Source of the DNA: Lama glama
Taxonomy: Eukaryota
Assembly: GCA_028534125.1 (NCBI GenBank)
Contig: CM052817.1
Coordinates: forward strand, 3,164,001-3,228,000
Reading direction: 5' to 3'
DNA length: 64,000 bases
In this document: piece after piece, positions 39,098-53,076 of the stretch
How the letters are laid out: each line of letters opens with the position of its first letter
Position numbering within the stretch: the first letter of the stretch is position 1
The notes under the pieces: model-generated
Seen by the model: the letters and a program-made list of their open reading frames with translations, nothing else
The model's database searches: none
What the model was told of the DNA's origin: nothing
Program-made: the position numbers and the translations under genes

Positions 39098-39562
39098 AGT
39101 GGTAGGCTGAAAACCTTCCCCCCAAAAGATATCCGTATCCTGATCCCTGGAGCCGGTGAATGGGGCCTCGTGGAGCAAAACAGGACTTTACTGATGTGAT
39201 TCAGTGGAGATCTTTAGATGGGGAGATCACCCTGGATTATCCAGGTGGGGCAGAGGGGACGTTCACACACACACACACACGCACACACAGCGACGTGAAG
39301 GTGGAGCAGGGACAGAGCTGAAGACGCTGTCCTTGACAATCAGAGTGACTCTTTCACAAGCCACGAATCCCAGAAACTGGGAGAGACAAGGGCGGGGCCC
39401 TCCCCAGAGCCTCCAGCGGGAGCGTGGCCCTGCAGACACCGTGTTCTTGGCCCCATGAAACTGATTTTGGACTCCTGGTCTCCAAAACCCCGAGAGAATA
39501 AATTTCTGTTGTTTTAGGTATTCATGTTTGTGGTCGTTTCTTACAGTGACTGAAGGAAACAG
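39098..39562 (+). mobile_element. MaLR LTR (MLT1C/D-like)
   Basis: ggtaggctgaaaa...cccccaaaagatatcc, gggagatcaccctggattatccaggtggg and gagagaataaatttctgttgttttagg. Confidence 0.85.
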
Positions 39563-40080
39563 AGTGGCCTCTTTTGCTGGCCTGTGTCTCCCTCCTCACC
39601 CCTCAGTTCTCCCCTACGAAACGCTGGCCCCGGAGAGAGCCCTCCCCTGCCTTCTCCTCCATCCCCCCACGCGGGTGCCCTGGGTTCCTGCAGGGGGCCT
39701 GCTGGACGGCCCTCGGAGGAGGGGGTGCTGATTTGGGGTCTGAAGGAGGATTCACTCTACCAGGCTGAGGGAGAGCCGCGTGTGGGAGGGCACGTGCAAT
39801 GTTCCAGCAGTGGAGGGAGGCCCTGCGGCCAGTGTGCAGAGACGGGTGGTGGAGGGGAAGGGTCCTGGTAATTATCCACTATCCAGCCACCCGTCTCACA
39901 CACACATTTGTGCCCAGGACCTCTCACCTCGGGCCCTCAGTCTCACACGAGGCACTGAAGCAGTGAGCTCCTGTCGGCGGGCACACAGGTCTGGGGGGCC
40001 CCAATCAGGGGTCTAGGTACCCCCCTGGGGTGCTCCCGCTTACGGGCCTCACGTGGCTGAGAGGCCCCCAGCCTGCTCAC

Positions 40081-40245
40081 CTTGCTCTCCCGGGTGTAGG
40101 CCAGCACCTTGTCCTCCTCCCGGGGGTGGAAAATCAGCGTCTCCACAGAGAAGGGGATGAGCTGCTTCTGGAAGGTGGCGCCCTCGTCCGTGCTGAGGAA
40201 TAGGCTCTGGTCCCGGTCGCTGAGCGAGGAGCTCACCAGGATGAT
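40081..40245 (-). CDS. SORCS2: SORCS2 internal coding exon (exon 4 by human numbering), VPS10 beta-propeller, 165 bp, phase 0 to 0
   Basis: Translates as IILVSSSLSDRDQSLFLSTDEGATFQKQLIPFSVETLIFHPREEDKVLAYTRESK, including the Asp-box motif S-x-D-x-G-x-T-F. Acceptor tgtgtttcag|ATC, donor AAG|gtgagc. Confidence 0.96.
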
Positions 40246-40626
40246 CTGAAACACAAAGTGGGTGTGAGGCCTCCCCTTGCGCCGGGGGCACCCCACCCCG
40301 CCCACTCGGGCCCAGTCACTCACTGCACCGCCCGCATGGACACCCGGCGCCGCCCTGCACCCCTGATGCCAAGACTCTGATCATGACCTGAGGGTCAAGG
40401 TTTCTGCCGTAAATGACATGTTCCGCAGGGCAGAACCCGGCTCAGGCAGGTCTGAGGATCGTTTCAAGGACGATCGTGCCCCAAGGAGATAAAGCGGGAC
40501 AGTGGGTTGGAGGCAGTGGGGCTGACCCGGGACAGCAGGCACCAGGAAGGGGAGCTCAGATGTGTGGCAGCCAAGGAGGTGGGACTGGAGTAGCAGAGGG
40601 TCAAGTTCTGCAAGGCCTTATGGGCA

Positions 40627-41065
40627 CTGTAGTGGGCTGAGTTCTGACCCCCAGGAAGAGTTGTCCACATCCTGACCCTCAGACCTGTGAGTGTGGCCTT
40701 CCCTGGAAACAGCGTCTTTGCAGGTGTAACTGTGTCAACAGTCTAGGGTGACATCATCTTCAATTTAAGGCGGCCCTAAACCCAGTGGCTGGTGTCCTTA
40801 TTAGAACAGAGGAAGACAGGCACAGAGAGAAGACAGAACACGGAGGCGGACATCAGGTGATGCGTCTACACCAAGGAACGCCAAGGGCTGCAGGAGCCGC
40901 CGGATGCCGGGAGGGGGCCTGGAGCGGGTCCCTGCAGCCCCCAGAGGGAACCGGCCTGGCCGACTGACACCTGCCTTTGGACTTCTGATTCCAGAACTGA
41001 GACAACAGATTCCTGTGGCTGGAAACCCCACTTGTGGTACTCTGTTACAGCTGTCCCAGAGCACT
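40627..41065 (+). mobile_element. MaLR LTR (MLT1B/C-like)
   Basis: tgtagtgggctgagttctgaccccca, ggccctaaacccagtggctggtgtccttattaga and tttggacttctgattccagaactgagaca. Confidence 0.85.
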
Positions 41066-42789
41066 GACGCAGCTCCGGTGGGAGCTCTGCAAGAGGCATC
41101 TTACTGTCGATGGCCTGGGCAGCCTGTGTATGGCAGGGGGGGGACCTGGGAGCAGGGCCGTCTGGGACGCTGCCTCATCCTAGCTGGACGCTTTGGTGGC
41201 TCGGTCGCATTCCAACCTCCGCGATTCTCTACCTGGGGTTGTCCCCAAGCATCCGATCGCATGGGGAATGACGGGAGACACAGACGGTCGCGAGCAGCCC
41301 CAGCCAGACTCTGTTTCAAAATTGGCAGACAAGGAGCCACAAGGAGGACCCGGGGCAGCTCGGCCACGCACGCCTGCTCCTGCAAAAGGCCCCGTGGGGA
41401 GCCTCGCCGGGAGAGTCGGAAGCCACAGCCCCACACAGGGTGTCGTGGCCATGTCCTGCTCAGGGAGCTGGCCTGTGATTCCCTCCGGATTTGCCTTCTC
41501 TCCAGTTTCCTGTTCACACGAGAACAAGCCCTGCGGGGCTGTGAGGAGGGTGCCCCTGGTCACAGAAAGGTCAGAAGTCAAGGGTCAGAACAAGGCAGCT
41601 TGGCGGCCACTAGGTGGGATGACAGGACCCCCTCAGAGGGACACACAAGAGCTCCTCTGTCCCTGGCACCAGAGAGGGTCTACCAGCTGGACGACTGGGA
41701 CAGTGAGGGGGCCCTGGGCACGCGAGGTGGATGGGCTGTGAGCCGCGAGGTTCACCCCCTGCAGAGCCGGGACTGAGGCACACACTCAGTCTCCAGATAA
41801 CCTGGTTCAAACTCCATGTCTGCAGACCAAATACCCTTCTGTGCCTCAGTTTCCTCGTCTATAAAATGGGGGCAATGACATGGCACCTGGCACCCAGTGA
41901 GCAGACCCAGTAAAAGCCTACCACAAGTGGGACCAGCTTGTCCTCATTCGAGCTCTATCAGGCGGCTGTTGCTATGCAGTTATCACTTCCGCTTGGCAGG
42001 TGGGGAAACTGAGGCACAGAGCGGAGACGCAAACTGCTACGGTCACAGAGCCATGCAGGATTGAGCCAGGGTGGGGATCAGAGGGTGACTCCAGGGCCCT
42101 GCTCTTAGCCATGCGCTCCAGGGCCAGCCCACACAGGACGGGCGTTGGAGCCGTGCTGGAGCTGGTGGGCGGAGGGGACTAGCCTGCCTCATGCATGGCT
42201 TTCCCACGGATGGTGAAGGGCATTGAGACCCTCTCCCTCCGCATGGTATTCCCAAACCCCTACATTCCCCTAGAAGACAATGAGGCACACAGAGGATAAA
42301 CCAACAGCTGCACACAGCTCCTGTCTCCTGGAACAAACTACAACCCAGCGTGTTCTTCCTTTCCAGGGAAACCTCAGCGAGCTCCCCCGCTAGCTTCCTT
42401 CATCTCCTCCAGCGCAAAACCCTTCTCTCCCCAGTGAACTGAGGGCCAGGGAGCCTGATTCCTTGGTGATTTTGATCCCTGAAAGGTGGACAAAGACATG
42501 CTCGGAGATATTCCTCGTTGTGTGGTTTCCATGCAGAAAAACGGAGTCAGGGGAGTGGGGATGGTTGGGGGAGCCATAGAGCAAGTAAAAGCGCTTACAG
42601 AGAATGCTTAGTGACAAGAGAGCTCATGCACTCACGGAAAAAAGCAGGGCACAAAATTGTAAGCAGGTGAAATTTCTGTACGTTTCACATTGACACAATT
42701 ATAAGGAGGTATAATTTTGTCAATGGTAAGTGTAGAAAAGTAAGTACAATTTTGTCAGTGGAAGAGGCACAGAAATAAGAATGGAAGGG

Positions 42790-43256
42790 TTAGTATTCAG
42801 CCATAAAAAAGAATGAAACTTGCCATTTGTCACAACATGGATGGACATTAAGGGCATTATGCTATGTGAAATAAGTCAGAGAAAGCAATACCGTGTGATC
42901 TCACTTATATGTGGAATCTAAAAGGAAAAAGGAAAAAAAAAACCAAATTCATAGACACAGAGAACAGACTGGTGGTACCAGAGTGGGGGTGAGACAGAAA
43001 GGTACAAACATCCAAGGGGATGGGGTGTACAGCCGAGTGACCATAGTAAATGATACGATGTGTATTTTTGAAAGTTGCTAAGAGAGATCTTAAATGTGCT
43101 CATCATAAGAAAAATTCTGTAGCTATGTGTGGGGACAGATGCTAACTAGACCTATTTTGGTGATCGTTTCACAATATAAACAAATAGCGAATCATTTTGT
43201 TGCACATCTGAAACTAATATAATGTTATACGTCAATTCCACCTGCCTTTAAAAAAA
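42790..43256 (+). mobile_element. LINE-1 3' end (L1MA/MB-like) with a short A tail
   Basis: tattcagccataaaaaagaatgaaa...caacatggatggac...gtgaaataagtcaga...tcacttatatgtggaatctaaaa...gaaactaatataatgttata. Confidence 0.9.
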
Positions 43257-43321
43257 AGGATGGAAAGAAACACAGGGAGACGTTAATAGTGGCGGGTTTC
43301 AAGTGGTGGGGTTTTAAGGAT

Positions 43322-44180
43322 TTTTTTAAATAAACTTTCTAGTTTATCATAGTTTTAGATTCACAGAAAAGCTGCGAAGCTAGCACAGAGGGCCCCCACG
43401 CACCGCACACACGTCTCCTCTGTGATGAACAGCTCACATTAGCAACACACGTTTGTCACACTGAGGACCCGGTGTCGGCACGTTCACGTTGTCTACAGCA
43501 CACACTACATTTCGCCAGTTCTCCCACTGACGTCTTTTTTCCCACCCAGGCTCCCATGTGACACTTAGTCATCACGTCCCCTCGGGCTCCTCCGGGCTGG
43601 GACAGTTTCTCAGACTTCCCTTGTTTTTCCTGACCGCGGCGGTTTTGAGAAGGACCAGCCAGGTATTTCCTAGCTACGTCTCCATATGGGGTTGCCGGAT
43701 GTTTTTCTTGAGCTGGTGCTGTGGTCATGGGTTTTCGGGGGCAGGGCACGGAGGGGAAGTGTGGTCCTCGCTGCATCCCAGCCAGGGCACACGCTGGGGA
43801 CAGGACCCGTCATCGCTGGCCGGGTGGTGCTGGCCAGGATTCTCCTTGTAACACGACTCCTTTCCTCCCCACCTCCATGCTGTCCATCTGGGAGGAAGTC
43901 GCTGTGCAGGGCCCACACCTGGGGGTGGGGAGGGAGGCGCCCTTCCTGGAGGGCAGAACAGCCACACATATTATGTGGAATTCTGCCTGGGAGATTTGTC
44001 TTTCCTCCCCCATGTATTCGCTTACTCAATCATGTATTTATATCACCACGAACCCATGAATATTTATTTTACACTCTGAGTTGTATAATAGTATTTTCTT
44101 GTTGTGTTGTCCAGATTGCTCCAGCTCGGGCTACTGGGAGCTCTTTTGGGTCCCTGTGTCTTCTTTGACATAATCTCATT
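43322..44180 (-). mobile_element. Old LINE-1 3' region (L1MB/MC-like)
   Basis: agttttagattcacagaaaagctgcgaag, gggacagtttctcagacttcccttgtttt and ccagattgctccagctcgggctactgggagctcttt. Confidence 0.75.
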
Positions 44181-45952
44181 TTCCTTCAACTTCTAAATGT
44201 TCTGCACGGCTCCTGGCTACCCTGGATAATCAGGAGACATGAAACGAAATGACCAAGACTTCTTCCGCATCTTACCAGACACGGCACAGTTCATTCAGAA
44301 CCCACTCACCACTCAGCCTGGCTCTGTGCCCGCCCCAGGCGGTGACCCCCACGCCCGGCTCTGTCTGAGCCATCTAACCAGGGAAGCCCGAATTTCCCTC
44401 ATTAAAGCACTTTTCCAACGATGCATTTTTTACAATGTTCTTCTGACTTACTTACTGACCTCCCCCATCAGGCTGTGCCCCAACTCCTTTGGGTTCCTTA
44501 AGCATCACCCGAGGCCTGACCCGAGCTGTCGGCTAACCCATTCCTGATGGACACACGAATGAACCTATGCACGCACACACGCACGAGTGAGCAATTCCAG
44601 CTCAGTTTGTGACTCCTAAGGGAAATGTTTGCTTTTCTCCTCTGGGAGGAAAACAACCCTAGAGATATTTAAGTAGCCCGGAGAGCAGAAGTCATCAACA
44701 GTCTCATTCTCTGATTCCTCCTCACCACTCAAAGCTTCACACATCAACGAAGGCTCATTCATTCATTCGTTCTTCCACAGTTGCTAAACCCACAGGATTA
44801 AACAAGAATTCAGGAATTCACAGGGCTTTGTGGAAGCAGAGCAGAGGGAAAAATAGCAGAGCAGGTGCAGAACAGAGAGGGCTTCATGGAAGAGGTGACA
44901 CCCAGACGAGCCTTGAAGAATGAGTGGAAATTTGATCCAGACCCTGGGGAGAGTGTTTCAGGCAGAGATGACGGCATGACCGAAAGCAAGCCGGCGGGGG
45001 TCCCTACCGAGACCATTTGCATCCTGACCACCTTTGTGGGTACTGTGCCCTCTGGCTGGAATGCACAGCAGGACCAAGACCCCCCTGCCCCAACCTCACC
45101 ACTGATAATTCTGAATCAGATTTTAAAATCTCAAAATGGGCCACTTCAACAAAGCTAAATACTTCTTTTATTTTTGGCATCCCTGCTTTACAGGAGCCCC
45201 CAGCATGAGTTTGGCCTGTCTTTACAATGGGACACCCTCAGTCTTTGTATCTGCTCATCAAACACCGCCTTATCTACCAAGGCCTGTTTTGAAGGTCACC
45301 TCTTTCAGGAAGCCCTCCAGGATACACATCCTCCAATCGAGTTTTTCTCACCCCTCCTCTGCCCTTTCCTCCAGCATCTTGTACATTCATTTGCTCCAGC
45401 CCAGCAGGGCTCACGTCTCCAGCACTGCCCTATCACCAGCCCGGGTAGGTGCCACGTTCCCAAAAAACAGGTGTTGGTATTCCCACACAGAGCGAGATCT
45501 CTGGGTGCAAGGTCGCCTCTCCAGGACAGCCCTCAGTTACAGCCAAGGCCCTGCCCGTGGTGACACTGAGGGGGAAGGACAGAGGATCAGAGCAAGCCAT
45601 TCTGGCCAGGGGCCCAGCAATCTGGATCGTGGGCTATTTTTGGCCTCAGAGTGAAACAAGTAAGCCAGGAAAGACGGGGGAAGGAAAAAGTGCTGACAAG
45701 GAAAGGATTATTGGAGCAAAGAAAACAAATCAATTAACATCGTGCAGAGCGGAGGCTGGCAGACTGTTCTTCCAAATTGGGAACCAGACTATTTTTAATG
45801 GTACATTTTCACTGCTTACTATTCTGGGGGAACATATGGTACCTGAACTAAGCTCTGGGGGCCCATGGGGCTGGGTGTCTTCAAAATCAGAGGCAACACG
45901 TTACAGAGAAATGGCTGACAGGTTCATTGGACTAGTGGCCAGCCCAACCCAC

Positions 45953-46112
45953 GCAGGAGCCTCATGGTCTAATTTGCCAGGCCTGGTACAAATGCAAATG
46001 TGGGCTCCCTGTTCAAATAGAATGAGGAGTTTCAGGACGGCAGCAGGAGAATGTTAAAGCAAGCGGAGAGCCTTCTGCGACGGCCTGGGTCGCACACCCT
46101 CAGAGTGGCCCC
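45953..46112 (-). mobile_element. MER45A-like hAT-Tip100 MITE
   Basis: taatttgccaggcctggtacaaatgcaaatgtgggctccctgttcaaa...gagtttcaggacggcagcag matches the reverse of the recalled MER45A consensus. Confidence 0.7.
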
Positions 46113-46272
46113 TCTCCAAAGCCGCTCAGTTAATAAGCTCTGGGACCAGTGGCGGCATGGGAACCTGTTAGAAGAGCAGCGTCTCGGTGGCACCCTGACC
46201 CGAGGGATCAGGGTCTACATTTTCTCAGGTCCCTGGTGAGTCCTGTGCGTGCTCCACGTGAAGGGAGGCGCT
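46113..46272. mobile_element. MER5A-like hAT-Charlie MITE fragment
   Basis: ggaccagtggcggcatgggaacctgttagaag...tctacatttt...ccctggtga. Confidence 0.5.
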
Positions 46273-46599
46273 AAGCCGCAGCCCCTGCCGGGTTCAGCCC
46301 CGCGTCCACAGGCGGTGCGGGTCTGAGCGCGCTGGCGGACCCCAGCCGCCTCCCCACCAAGTGACAAGGAGATACCGCTGCGCACTGGAGCACATCTGGG
46401 CCCGGTTCTAAGGGGGTTTCACTCCTCGCAGCCCTGCTCTCAGCCACTCTGAGGATGCTCTGCAGGGCAGAGGTACCAATGACGGCCCTGGAGTCCAGGC
46501 AGGTCACTCGTGGAGCACGTAGCTCACGGCCCAGGCACGGAGGGGCAGGGGCAGTGCAGGCTTCGGCGGCCCTTGGAGCTGGGCTAAAGGCCTTCTTTG

Positions 46600-46760
46600 C
46601 CCCCATGAGCTGTGCCACCTTGGGCGAATTCCTTGGCGTCTCTGAGCCTCAGTTTCCTCCTCTGTAACATGAAGATAGGGATTCCCACTGCATTGGCGAT
46701 TCAAAGAGTTAAAGGAAACAATGTGTGTAACAGACTTAGCGCAGCCCTGGGCCGTGGCGA
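46600..46760 (+). mobile_element. MIR SINE, one of many (others near 10080-10190, 19660-19760, 20925-20990, 28290-28350, 29650-29720 and 41800-41880)
   Basis: MIR core agctgtgccaccttgggcgaattccttggcgtctctgagcctcagtttcctcctctgtaacatgaagata. Confidence 0.8.
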
Positions 46761-49700
46761 ACCTACCGCGGGTAACAGTGGGCTTATTACTACAGCATTT
46801 GCTTTTAAAGAGGTTTAGTCCTTGGGTCAGGGTCCCAGAGCAGAGGCAGCTCGAAGGCGGGGGTGAGAAGGACAGTACAGAGAACATATGGTTCCCTCGC
46901 ACCAGGGAGTCCCGGGACAGATACGCGGACAGAAGGCAGAGAAGCCGTCCCCAGGGCGCGTGAGCCGTGTCTCGGGGCTGAGGGGTGAGCCAGGGCACCT
47001 GAGTTTGAGCACCTCCCTCACTGTGTACCCTGGAACCTCCCTTGCTCCACCCTGGGCCTGGCCTCGGGCTGCGGGCCTCCTGGAGGGGCTGTCACCAGGG
47101 CCTGGCCTTGAAGGACGAAGAGGAATTCTCCAGGAAAAGCCAGTGACGGTGGAGCTCGTGGGACCAGCACATTCATTCTGGGGTGGGGAGTGGTAGGGCA
47201 GGACACATCTTCTGAAGAAAGTCACCTGCTTGGGGATTTTTTCCCTCAGATCATATTAGTGACACATTAATTGAATGTGCCTCACTGATGCCAAAGTAGT
47301 CTGGACATTGGCGGGTCTGTAGATGAGATCTGCTTCCCCCCACGTGGGACTCGTGGTAGAAATGGGTGGTGGAGGCCTGACACCGGGCAGCGGGCACAGA
47401 GGAAGGCCAGCCCTGCGCAAGACACGAACGTGGCACAGGTTGCTGTGACCCAAGGTGACAAGAGCTGCCATAGAGCTGGTGTACAGCAGGGGTCCAGGGG
47501 GAGGGAGAGTTCCCCGAGTCCCCTCCAGGCGAGGGCAGGGCAGGGGTCCTTGACCCCCAAGACCCAGCTCCCTGGGCCAACATGCAGGTGGCTGAGCGGA
47601 TAGGCCCTGCCTTCCCCCAGTCTCTGCACCATCCCGCAAGGAACCTTGGGCCCTGCGTTAGACTACGGTCTAATGAGCCCTCTCTGCCGGGATGTGTCAG
47701 GTGGGAAAGCTGCAAAGTGGGCCTGGCTGCGTCTGTGTGCTGATTCATAACCCTTCTGTAATTTCCCTTGCACACCCGGTAGCCACCCCCAGGGCCCCGC
47801 CAGCATCCGGTTGGACAGATCAAGGAAAGCCTAGCAGGGCAGCTCTGGTGCGGAGATGATGGACAGGGGCAGGGCAGGGGTTGAGTGACTCACTTACTGA
47901 ACTTGATACTCACGGTGTACCTGCCAAGTAGATGCGATCATCCCTATTTCTCTGATGGGGAAGCTGAGGCCAGAGAGGCTGAGTGCCTCCTGGAAGATCA
48001 CGTGTCACCTCAGCTCATCCCTCCCTCCATCCCTCGTCTGCTTCACGTCAGGGCCAACAGTGTGGCTGCACCTGCCGGCAACGGAACAACAGCATGGGGT
48101 TCCTGATGCAAAAGGCTTGGGAGAGTCCAAATGGATTCTGCCCACCCTAAAGACTATACGACATGGCTCCCAGACATCTGTAGGTCCGTCCTGGGCTTTG
48201 GGGATGATTTCTGACCACATGTAGAGGCAGAGGAAGGCGGAGTGGTGGAGGGAGGAGGGCCTTTCTGTCCCTCTTCACCTTTCCTCCCTCCCTTTGGTCC
48301 ACTATCATATTCTTTCAGAGCATTAACTAACTCATTCAGCTGTGTGCCAGGCCCTGGGCTGGGAGATTAATCCCATGGGATCCCTGTCCGGGAGGAGCTC
48401 ACAGCAGACGAGGGAGGTCATTTAAGGTGTGAGCTGTGCCCTGGGACAGGTGCCCCAAGAAGGGAGGCCTCTCCCCCAGGCTGGACTGGAGGAGAGGAGA
48501 GGATGTCCAGAAAGTTCCAGGAAGGTGAGCTGCATGCTCCTGGGGGGACGCACCAGCCATGCACAGAAAGATGCTCTGGGAAGACGGAGGGCAGACTGCA
48601 CAAGATGCCGGTGTGGGCCTCCTGTCTCCCTCTCTGCCAGGTCGGGAGGCCTGCCTGACTTGAGTCTGGCATCCCGCAAGCCCTTCTTGACCCTTCAACA
48701 TGAGCCTGCACCTTCCTGCCTGCCCAGATCACGTCCACCTGGACCTGCTTGCCTGAACCACCCCTGCAGGAACCACCCCTGCAGGAACCACGCGTGGCTC
48801 TACCTGCCAAGTTACCTTCTCTGGTCCAGGGTTTCCCTCCACTGAGCTTCCAACCCAACTCCTCCAAAAGGTGGTGCCAACGTCCCAGTCTGCCTCACAG
48901 CAAAACTCGTGCAAATCATAGCTCTCAAACATCCAAGTGCAAAAAGGGGAAACAAACAGCATCCAGAAACGACTTCTCGCCTCTGCCAGGGCCCTGGCTG
49001 AATGCGCTGCGGACCTTTGGTTTTCGTTCAGACTCTTTATCAAGGAGAGAATCTGCTTTTAATCTGCCCTTTCCCAGGTTGAACCCTCAAAGGGTCCCCA
49101 CCCCCACCTGGAGATGGGTATCACCTGGAGTCACCTTTCTATTTAAAACCCAATTGCCCAGTCCATTCCTTGCCAGACAGATGTGCCCAGCTGGGCTCAC
49201 AGAAAACCCGGCTTTGACACCAGGAGAGGCAGACAGTGGAGACACACAAACACAGCAGCATCCACCCCCGGGTCTCAAATTAGAATCTGTGCCAAGCATC
49301 CGCTATGTGCCCGCGTGAGCCACGGGGAAGAATTAACCCTCCTACCCGGCGCGCCGCTCCTGTGGCTGAACACGTCCTGCTGGGACATGCAGCGCACGTG
49401 CAGCGCGGCCGCCCTGAGTTTTAGGAGGACATCGCTCCACACGGCAGTTTTGGGTGTGGGTGGTGTTCAGCAGAGGAGAGGTGTCAGGACACAGAGTCTG
49501 ATGGAGACGAGGCTTTGCCACAGTGCTCAGCGACCTTGGGCTAGTCACGCTCAGGCTTACACCGCAGGCATCATCTCTTTGGCGCTAAGCTTCCAAACCA
49601 GACGCAGCCCTCAGCACTGTTGTAGCAATAGCAGATCGTTATTATCATCACGCTCCCTTAACCCTGAAAGACCTACCTTGAGGAAGTCGTGGATAACTGG

Positions 49701-52700
49701 AATTTATGTGGATGCAAGTGTGCAGTGTTGCGTCCCTGCTGGAAACCCTCAGGGCCCTTCCCACCCGCGCGCCTGAATCTGGCATCCATGACTCTCCCAC
49801 GACCTCGCCCTGATGAACTTGCCACCATGCGGCCCGAGGCCCAGCCACCCTGGACTGCTTTGAGCTCCCCAGACGCCTGCTGCTCCCACAGGCTCACTTT
49901 GCGTGGGATGCCCCGGCCATCTTCTCTGACTGCAGTGAGGAACAGGACCTGCAGGGGGCAGACCAGGCTGATTGGGAGCCCTGGTGGTTGTCCGGGTGAG
50001 ACAGCCCAGTGATACGCGGGCCAAGCTCACGCACCCAGAGCAGAGGGCCATCAGAGCCGGCCGACGGGCAGCCTTCACGTGCGAACGGGTAAGACACGAA
50101 GCCCTAGTGGTCCGGCTGCCCCCACAGGCAGGTGTGGGCTGTCAGTGTCCCTAGCACCCCCGGCCACCCACCTGGCGGCTGCGGGCCGCTGCGGCCAGCT
50201 GCAGCAGTGCTTCCCGACATTCCCGGGCTCCTGGCTTCCTGATGTCAGCGGCGCCTTCTGACCTCCACCCCCAGCCCTTGCATCAACCGCGTCAACCTCT
50301 AGGGTCCGGATTAAGTCCCTCCCGACTCCAGCTGCCTCCAGTTTCCCAATCAAGTCCTGACTGGTGTGTGCATCTGGAACCACTTCACCAAGCACAGTGA
50401 GCTGCCCCCAGTTCCCTTTCTCGTGTCAACTGCCGCCCGCTTAGGTATCTGCCCTCGTCTCTTTCGAAGGTTTTTGGCTCACTCTTGCCAAAGGTCTTGA
50501 GATGCCTCAGCTCATCCATCATCCATCCATCCACCTACTCATCTGTCCATCCTGCCAGCCAGCCGGCCAGCCAGCCATCACTCATCCATCATCCATCTAT
50601 CCATCCATCTACCACCCACCTAGCCACCCATCCCATCTTCCTTCCTTCCTTCCTTCCTTCCCTCCCTCCCCCTCCCTCCTTCCTTTCCCCTTTTCACCTT
50701 TCACACTCTATCCGCCAACCAATTGAAAATTGCTTTGGGGAGTGAATGTAAGAGTTCATGGGAAGAGGAGTGCGGCATACTCTGAGCCCAGTGCACATTT
50801 TAGTCGCTGGCTGTAACCATGACCATGCAGCCCAACCTCCGAATCCACCCTTCTTGGTGTAGGTACCGTGGCTCGTGCCTCCGAGTCTTGTCTCTGTATA
50901 AACTTGAACTCCGTCTAGTACGGACGGGGAAGTAAGGCGGAAATAGCGTTTGCCGAGCACCCACCCTGTGCCTGGCCCTGCGCTAGGCATTGCTGTTTTA
51001 TCACTTTATTGTCACAGCAGCAACAAGGTGAAAGATGTTTTGATTTCTGCTTTGAAGAGAGAAAACCCAGAAGCTCAGAGGGGTAAAACGACCCGCCCCA
51101 GCCCGGCCCAGGCTGGGTGCCGCCCCTTCAGCACAGACCTGACTCTGTCTGATCCCGAAAGCCCCCGTCCCGCCTCTGTGTCGAGACCGACAAGCATCCA
51201 ACACGATCTAGTAAAACATCCGCTCAAACACAATTACGGAATTGATCGTTGGGAAAGGATTGGCTCAGTTTTAATTACCAGCCCGACAGTCACTGAAATG
51301 CCAGGAAATATCCCCAGGAACATTTGTAAATTTAACGGAGAGGGCAAACCTTTTCCCTCTGGCCGAAGGCTGACTCGGAAGATCTTGGGTCTGATCAATA
51401 GAAACCAAATGAGGCAAACATGTCTCAGGGCATACAAAAATGCGCGTCACCAACGCTTCAGAGCCTTGACTTACGCACCACCTTGCCTGCAGCACTCGCG
51501 GCGTGAGAGGCCCCCGCCGGCCCCCTCCCCCACAATTGTCAATGATCTCAGTTCTCCAAAGTGGGGAACGCTGAGGCTTCGGAGTGAATAGGGTGTAGCT
51601 GCGTTTTGTTTGGCTGCATGAGGACATTTTGCAGACGAAGCCAGCGAGCACGCTGCCTGGGCAGAGTGTGGCGGACAGCTAATTCTCTGGAGTGGCTGTG
51701 CTTTGGAAGACTGCCTTTCATCAGGAAAGTTGAATTACCTATGTATGATCAGATCTGTGAACAACTCGTTCATTCATCTGCCCCTGACTGAAGAGCAGAA
51801 AGCAAGGGCCTGCAGCTCAGTGCCTTCGTCTGGTGCCTCCTCAACGCTGGCCCGGGCAGCCTCCTGGGTAAAGACGACAGCTTTTAAAAAGAACTCTGGA
51901 ATCTCCAAAGGCTCTCTCTACAAATATTTGTGATTAGAGACCAAGACATTATTAACGCGGGGCGAGCTGGCTGGAACACTGCAGGAGCTTCAGTGAGCAG
52001 CCCTTCTCCTCGCCGTCACTGGAGCTGGAGGCCCGAAGGCTCGTGCAGGTGCACTGGCGTTGGCACCTCGTGCCCAAGGCCATGGCCCTCAGTGCGGGGG
52101 CTACTGCTCTTCTGTGCTCAGAAGATGAAGTAAGAACAGAGCTGAAAGGCCCGTTAATGTGGCTTCCTTGGATCTGGGTGACTGGGTGAGGAAATGGACT
52201 CACCCCACAGGGGAAGCCCCAAGCAGGACCCTGTAGCCAAAATCACCTGGCATTGTGGTTTTCCTGAGCTACGTGGAGCAGATAAGAGCATTGGTGATAA
52301 AATAATCATACGAGGCATGTACTGAGCACTCACTGTATGCCAGGCACTGTACTGAATGCTTTACACGCCGTCGACAACCCTCCGATGAGGTGGTTGCTAT
52401 TTTTACTCATTTGATGGATGAAGCAATGAGTCCCGGAGAGGGCAGTGTCCACCTGCGTCACACGGGGGAGCTGTGGCCTGGACACACTGCGGAGATGGGC
52501 GGGGCGCACACTGCGCACACTGCCTTCCTTTGCTCTTTACTTGTGTGTCCCAGGACCTATGTCGGCTGGTGCTGGGGCAGACTGGGTGCAGCCTGGTTGT
52601 CCCTGGCTTCACGGAGCACTCGGGCCAGTGGCAAGATAATGACCAAAGAAGCACATAGGTGGGCAATCGTGAACTCCAAGGAGGGTCCAGCCATTTACCA

Positions 52701-53076
52701 ACGGCGGAGAAGAGGGCACTGACAAGACCAGAGAGAGAGCGAGGTGGGCCGGGTCCAGCGGGAAGGGAGGAGCAGACCGAGATTGGGGGGAGGACAACAG
52801 GATGCAGAGACGGGAGACGGGTAGCACCGGACGCCCGCTGGACGCCCGCCGGGCGGGGCAGCAAGGAGTCCGGAAGGATCCCTGGCTCCCACCTGGGGCG
52901 CTGGGAGGAACGTGGTAAAGAAACAGACCCGCTGCCTCCCTGGTGGCACCAGCAGGTCTCTACAGGAGGAAAACCTGGGAGGGAGGCTGAGGACGGGGCA
53001 CAGGGGCGAGTGAGGGCCAGAAGTGGGGCATGGGGCAGTGCCACGAAGAGCAGACACGGTGAGGGTCAAGCAAGTG

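Noticed and set aside
40904..41776. Longest ORF in the track (290 aa) as an antisense gene
   Set aside because: It starts inside an MLT1 LTR, has low-complexity GC-driven composition, no recognisable domain and no evident gene structure.
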